From Octopus sinensis (lineage: Eukaryota): 64,000 nt of DNA. The notes under the pieces are model-generated. The model did not search any database. It was not told the origin of the DNA and worked only from the letters and a program-made list of their open reading frames with translations. The stretch lies in contig NC_043025.1 in the NCBI RefSeq assembly GCF_006345805.1, positions 11,904,001-11,968,000 of the forward strand, in the 5' to 3' direction. Shown here piece after piece: positions 62,392 to 64,000 of the stretch. Both the position numbers and the translations under genes were made by a program. Within the stretch, counting starts at the first letter, position 1. Every line of letters starts with the position of its first letter.

Positions 62392-63628
62392 CACATACAT
62401 ATATATATATATATACACATACATATATATAATATATACACATACATATATATATATACACATACATATATATTATACACATACATATATATATATATAA
62501 TATACACACACCATATATTATATATATTATATACACACATACATATATATAGATATACACCACATACATATATATATATATATACACACATACTATATAT
62601 ATATATATATACACACATACATATATATATATATACACACATACATATATATATATATATATATCACACATACATATATATATATATACACACATACATA
62701 TATATATAATATATATATATACACACATACATATATATATATATACACATACATATATATACACACACACATACATATATATATACTTATATATACACAT
62801 ACATATATATATACTTATATATATACATACATATATATAACCCATGCTGGCATGGAAAGCGGATGCTAAACGAAGTTGATGATGATGAACATACATACAT
62901 ATATACTTACATATAGACATGCATACATATATATATATACATACATACATACACATATACATACATACATATATATATATACATACATACATACACATAT
63001 ACATACATACATATATATATACATACATACATACACATATACATACATACACACACATATATATATATACACATATATATACATACATATATATATATAT
63101 ATCTATACATACATATATACATATATATATATCTATACATACATATATACATATATATATGTGTGTGTGTTTGTGTGTCTGTGTTTGTCCCCCCAACATC
63201 GCTCGACAACCGATGCTGGTGTGTTTACGTCCCCGTAACTTAGTGGTTCGGCAAAAAGAGACCGATACAAATAAGTACTAGGCTCACAAAGAACAAGTCC
63301 CGGGGGTCAATTTGCTCGACTAAAAGGCGGTGCTACAGCACGGCCGCAGTCCAACGACTGAAACAAGTAAAAAGCACACACACGTGTGATAAATGCAGAT
63401 AGATGGGCTTGAAACCTTGACTCACCTAACAGCCTCTTCTCTGTCCGTTTCAGTTATATTCGATCCAGCTTCATTCTACGGACACTCAGAATTTGAATTC
63501 TCCATCTCAAAGATGTTTGGCGGATTCCCAAGGTCCTTCTTTGACAGTTATCATGAAATAATTCCCAGGTCTTCCAAATTTAAGCTCCGTGAAAGGCTTT
63601 ACCAATTATTTCACTATATCAATCATTG
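51389..63628 (+). CDS. FN3K: Fructosamine/ketosamine-3-kinase family gene, 7 coding exons in window, final exon beyond right edge
   Basis: Exons 51389-51529, 52056-52139, 53614-53717, 56366-56552, 57442-57492, 59170-59314, 63454-63628. All GT-AG and phase-consistent. Motifs FVK-like YVK, MFEGE..SL, FGF....CCG.IPQ.N.W...[39 protein letters not shown]3K versus FN3KRP cannot be resolved from this sequence. Confidence 0.93.
52056..52139 (+). CDS. FN3K: FN3K exon 2 ([28 protein letters not shown])
   Basis: MFEGE motif. Not in the ORF track. Confidence 0.93.
52279..52549. repeat. 57-bp tandem repeat (about 4.3 copies) ending in a pogo/Tigger-like terminus
   Basis: Unit starts at 52281, 52338, 52395 and 52452, and the array ends ...ACTTTACTCGAGGATTTATGGTA. 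Confidence 0.8.
53614..53717 (+). CDS. FN3K: FN3K exon 3 ([34 protein letters not shown])
   Basis: LPG.GA...MEY and LG.QMA motifs. Confidence 0.93.
54125..55880. repeat. (TA)n/(TACA) microsatellite fields in FN3K intron 3 (54125-54565 and 55161-55880)
   Basis: Directly visible. Confidence 0.93.
56366..56552 (+). CDS. FN3K: FN3K exon 4 (VHKRNKDLY...[23 protein letters not shown])
   Basis: FGF/CCG/IPQ.N.W motifs, with a short Asp-rich insert. Confidence 0.93.
57442..57492 (+). CDS. FN3K: FN3K exon 5 ([17 protein letters not shown])
   Basis: ttccag acceptor, GTAAGT donor, 51 bp phase 0/0. Fills the gap between WP and the REL-like helix. Confidence 0.8.
58217..58288 (+). pseudogene. Degenerate tRNA-Gly(UCC)
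   Basis: Anticodon loop CTTCCAA and T loop TTCGACT are present, but there are two A-C mismatches in the acceptor stem (ACATCGG/CCGACGC), one in the T stem, and no T-run terminator. Confidence 0.7.
58646..58728 (-). ncRNA. Type I hammerhead motif with extended stem II (family B, second copy)
   Basis: Reverse complement reads CTGATGA-GAAATC...GCCTTC-GAA-ACATATGT-C-GAGAA, clearly homologous to 32647-32729. Confidence 0.6.
59170..59314 (+). CDS. FN3K: FN3K exon 6 ([10 protein letters not shown]...[20 protein letters not shown])
   Basis: Catalytic HGDLWSGN motif. Confidence 0.95.
59327..59463 (-). mobile_element. Right end of the same mariner family
   Basis: Reverse complement of about 840-978, starting 12 bp after the FN3K exon 6 donor. 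Confidence 0.85.
59582..63165. repeat. 3.6-kb (TA)n/CACATACA complex microsatellite in FN3K intron 6
   Basis: Directly visible. Confidence 0.95.
63454..63628 (+). CDS. FN3K: FN3K exon 7 ([24 protein letters not shown]...YQLFHYINH)
   Basis: [12 protein letters not shown] motif. Confidence 0.95.
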
Positions 63629-64000
63629 GTGAGTATTACCTTCTGGTTTTATACTTATACTTATAGGCGCAGGAGTGGCTGTGTGGTAAGTAGCTTCTAG
63701 TCTTCTTTACCACATTGTTCGGGTACAGTCCCACTGCGTGGCACCTTGGGCAAGTGTCTTCTACCAATAGCCTCGGGCCGACCAAAGCCTTGTGAGTAGA
63801 TTTGGTAGACGGAAACTGAAAGAAGCCCGTCGTATATATGTCTATATATATATATATATATGCGTGTGTTTGTGCGTCTGTGTTTGTACCCCTAGCATTG
63901 CTTGACAACCGATGCCGGTGTGTTTATGTCCCCGTCACTTAGCGGTTCGGCAAAAGAGACCGTTAGAATAAGTACTGGGCTTACAAAAGAATAAGTCCCG

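Noticed and set aside
59453-63281. Very long YIYI/CVYI-type ORFs (up to 494 aa), and similar ORFs at 1515-2174, 4895-5326, 32841-33395, 42458-44316 and 53896-55879
   Set aside because: Translations of microsatellites that lack stop codons by composition; no splice or domain support.

Overview
AT-rich, repeat-dense animal genomic DNA. The tRNA-derived SINE families and microsatellite load point to an octopus (inference). Two spliced genes could be rebuilt by hand with GT-AG junctions and consistent phases. The first is a myosin XIX-like gene (MYO19) on the minus strand: 19 coding exons from 38322 to 85, running off the left edge. The second is a fructosamine/ketosamine-3-kinase (FN3K family) on the plus strand: 7 coding exons from 51389 to 63628, last exon beyond the right edge. 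Between them lies an unexplained GC-rich, splice-site-bounded minus-strand exon carrying a 270-aa Pro/Ser-rich ORF. One MYO19 intron is almost entirely a 9.3-kb, 89-bp satellite. There is an intact-looking tRNA-Ser(UGA), a decayed tRNA-Gly(UCC), and many SINE, MITE, mariner/Tc1, RTE and R4/Dong remnants. The most striking unannotated signal is eight minimal type I hammerhead-ribozyme motifs in about four sequence families, in small insertions resembling Penelope-like elements or retrozymes. One of them is an 81-bp inverted pair of hammerheads whose loop is an exact 53-bp copy of MYO19 exon 6 plus its splice donor, inserted upstream in the same gene. Ribozyme activity, expression and splicing are untested, and human protein comparisons are from memory.
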